Source: Paragordius varius (lineage: Eukaryota > Animalia > Nematomorpha). From it: 64,000 nucleotides of DNA. Shown here piece after piece: positions 62,201-64,000 of this stretch (position 1 is the first letter of the stretch; each line of letters begins with the position of its first letter). A program made the translations under genes and the position numbers. The notes under the pieces were generated by a model. The model had not been told where the DNA came from. It saw nothing but the letters and a program-made list of their open reading frames with translations, and made no database searches. The stretch covers positions 1,364,001-1,428,000 of the forward strand of contig OZ176052.1 in the NCBI GenBank assembly GCA_964247055.1, written 5' to 3'.

Positions 62201-64000
62201 TTGTAAGTTAATATTTTAGGTATTTGGTGGCTGATTTGATTAATGTTCGATATTCCTAATTAAAAGTATATAATAATATAATTTTTAGATTCTTGGACAA
62301 GTAAGTTAATATTTTAGGTATTTGGTGGGTGATTGGATTAATGTTCGATATTCCTAATTAAAAGTATTTTTATAATGTAATTGTTAGATTCTTGGACAAG
62401 TAAGTTAATATTTTAGGTATTTGGTGGCTGATTTGATTAATGTTCGATATTCCTAATTAAAAGTATATAATAATATAATTTTTAGATTCTTGGACAAGTA
62501 AGTTAATATTTTAGGTATTTGGTGGGTGATTGGATTAATGTTTGATATTCCTAATTAAAAGTATTTTTATAATGTAATTTTTAGATTCTTGGACAGTTAA
62601 AATTTTATATTTGGTGGGTGATTGGATTAATGTTCGATATTCCTAATTAAAAGTATTTTTATAATGTAATTGTTAGATTCTTGGACAAGTAAGTTAATAT
62701 TTTAGGTATTTGGTGGGTGATTGGATTAATGTTCGATATTCCTAATTAAAAGTATCTGTATAATGTAATTTTTAGATTCTAGGACAAGTAAGTTAATATT
62801 TTAGGTATTTGGTGGCTGATTGGATTAATATTCGATATTCCTAATTAAAAGTATCTGTATAGTATAATTTTTAGATTCTTGGACAAGTAAGTTCATATTT
62901 TAGGTATTTGGTGGGTGATTGGATTAATGTTCGATATTCCTAATTAAAAGTATTTTTATAATGTAATTTTTAGATTCTTGGATTGTAAGTTAATATTTTA
63001 GGTATTTGGTGGGTGATTGGATTAATGTTCGATATTCCTAATTAAAAGTATCTGTATAATGTAATTTTTAGATTCTAGGACAAGTAAGTTAATATTTTAG
63101 GTATTTGTTGGGTGATTGGATTAATGTTCGATATTCCTAATTAAAAGTATTTTTATAATGTAATTGTTAGATTCTTGGACAAGTAAGTTAATATTTTAGG
63201 TATTTGGTGGCTGATTTGATTAATGTTCGATATTCCTAATTAAAAGTATATAATAATATAATTTTTAGATTCTTGGACAAGTAAGTTAATATTTTAGGTA
63301 TTTGGTGGGTGATTGGATTAATGTTCGATATTCCTAATTAAAAGTATTTTTATAATGTAATTGTTAGATTCTTGGACAAGTAAGTTAATATTTTAGGTAT
63401 TTGGTGGGTGATTGGATTAATGTTCGATATTCCTAATTAAAAGTATTTTTATAATGTAATTGTTAGATTCTTGGACAAGTAAGTTAATATTTTAGGTATT
63501 TGGTGGGTGATTGGATTAATGTTCGATATTCCTAATTAAAAGTATCTGTATAATATAATTTTTAGATTCTTGGACAAGTAAGTTATTATTTTAGGTATTT
63601 GGTGGGTGATTGGATTAATGTTCGATATTCCTAATTAAAAGTATTTTTATAATGTAATTTTTAGATTCTTGGATTGTAAGTTAATATTTTAGGTATTTGG
63701 TGGGTGATTGGATTAATGTTCGATATTCCTAATTAAAAGTATCTGTAAAATGTAATTTTTAGATTCTAGGACAAGTAAGTTAATATTTTAGGTATTTGGT
63801 GGCTGATTGGATTAATGTTCGATATTCCTAATTAAAATATCTGTATAATATAATTTTTAGATTCTTGGACAAGTAAGTTAATATTTTAGGTATTTGGTGG
63901 GTGATTGGATTAATGTTCGATATTCCTAATTAAAAGTATCTGTATAATATAATTTTTAGATTCTTGGACAAGTAAGTTAATATTTTAGGTATTTGGTGGG
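56290..64000 (+). repeat. Homogeneous satellite array, 99-bp monomer (97-99), more than 75 copies, open at the window end
   Basis: Consensus ttaggtatttggtgggtgattggattaatgttcgatattcctaattaaaagtatttttataatgtaatttttagattcttggacaagtaagttaatatt; landmark cggtattt at 57004, 57103, 57202 and 57301 gives a period of 99; stops in all six frames. Confidence 0.98.

Noticed and set aside
43090-64000. CRISPR-like or protein-coding interpretation of the arrays (99 bp = 33 codons)
   Set aside because: There are no unique spacers, no cas genes and the context is eukaryotic; the monomer has stops in all six frames. The ORFs 43635-43874, 44616-45035, 45180-45446 and 47867-48097 are chance open stretches in satellite.
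1-64000. rRNA, tRNA or snRNA genes
   Set aside because: None recognised by eye; a covariance-model scan (tRNAscan-SE, Infernal/Rfam) would be needed to exclude small RNAs.

Overview
Very AT-rich eukaryotic (animal-like) genomic DNA with spliceosomal genes; there are no prokaryotic features. Three protein genes were reconstructed by hand, with homology assigned from recalled human sequences and no database search. They are a USP53/USP54 (echinus)-like gene on the minus strand (17602 to beyond base 1) whose catalytic motifs look degenerate, a 20-exon CIP2A-like gene on plus (24559-36499, about 1248 aa), and MRPL49 on minus (39399-36685), tail-to-tail with CIP2A. The first four CIP2A introns are only 25, 22, 32 and 26 nt, and MRPL49 needs a 25-nt first intron that has no AG acceptor. 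From about 35.15 kb the window is a tandem segmental duplication of about 13 kb. The second copy holds pseudogene fragments of CIP2A and MRPL49. Both copies end in the same satellite family: an old, diverged higher-order array in copy 1 (43.1-48.1 kb) and a homogeneous 99-bp array in copy 2 (56.3 kb to window end). Mobile DNA includes a complete-ended hAT (Blackjack-like) element with an internal inverted transposase copy, an RTE-like LINE with a fold-back duplication, other RTE fragments and several MITE families.
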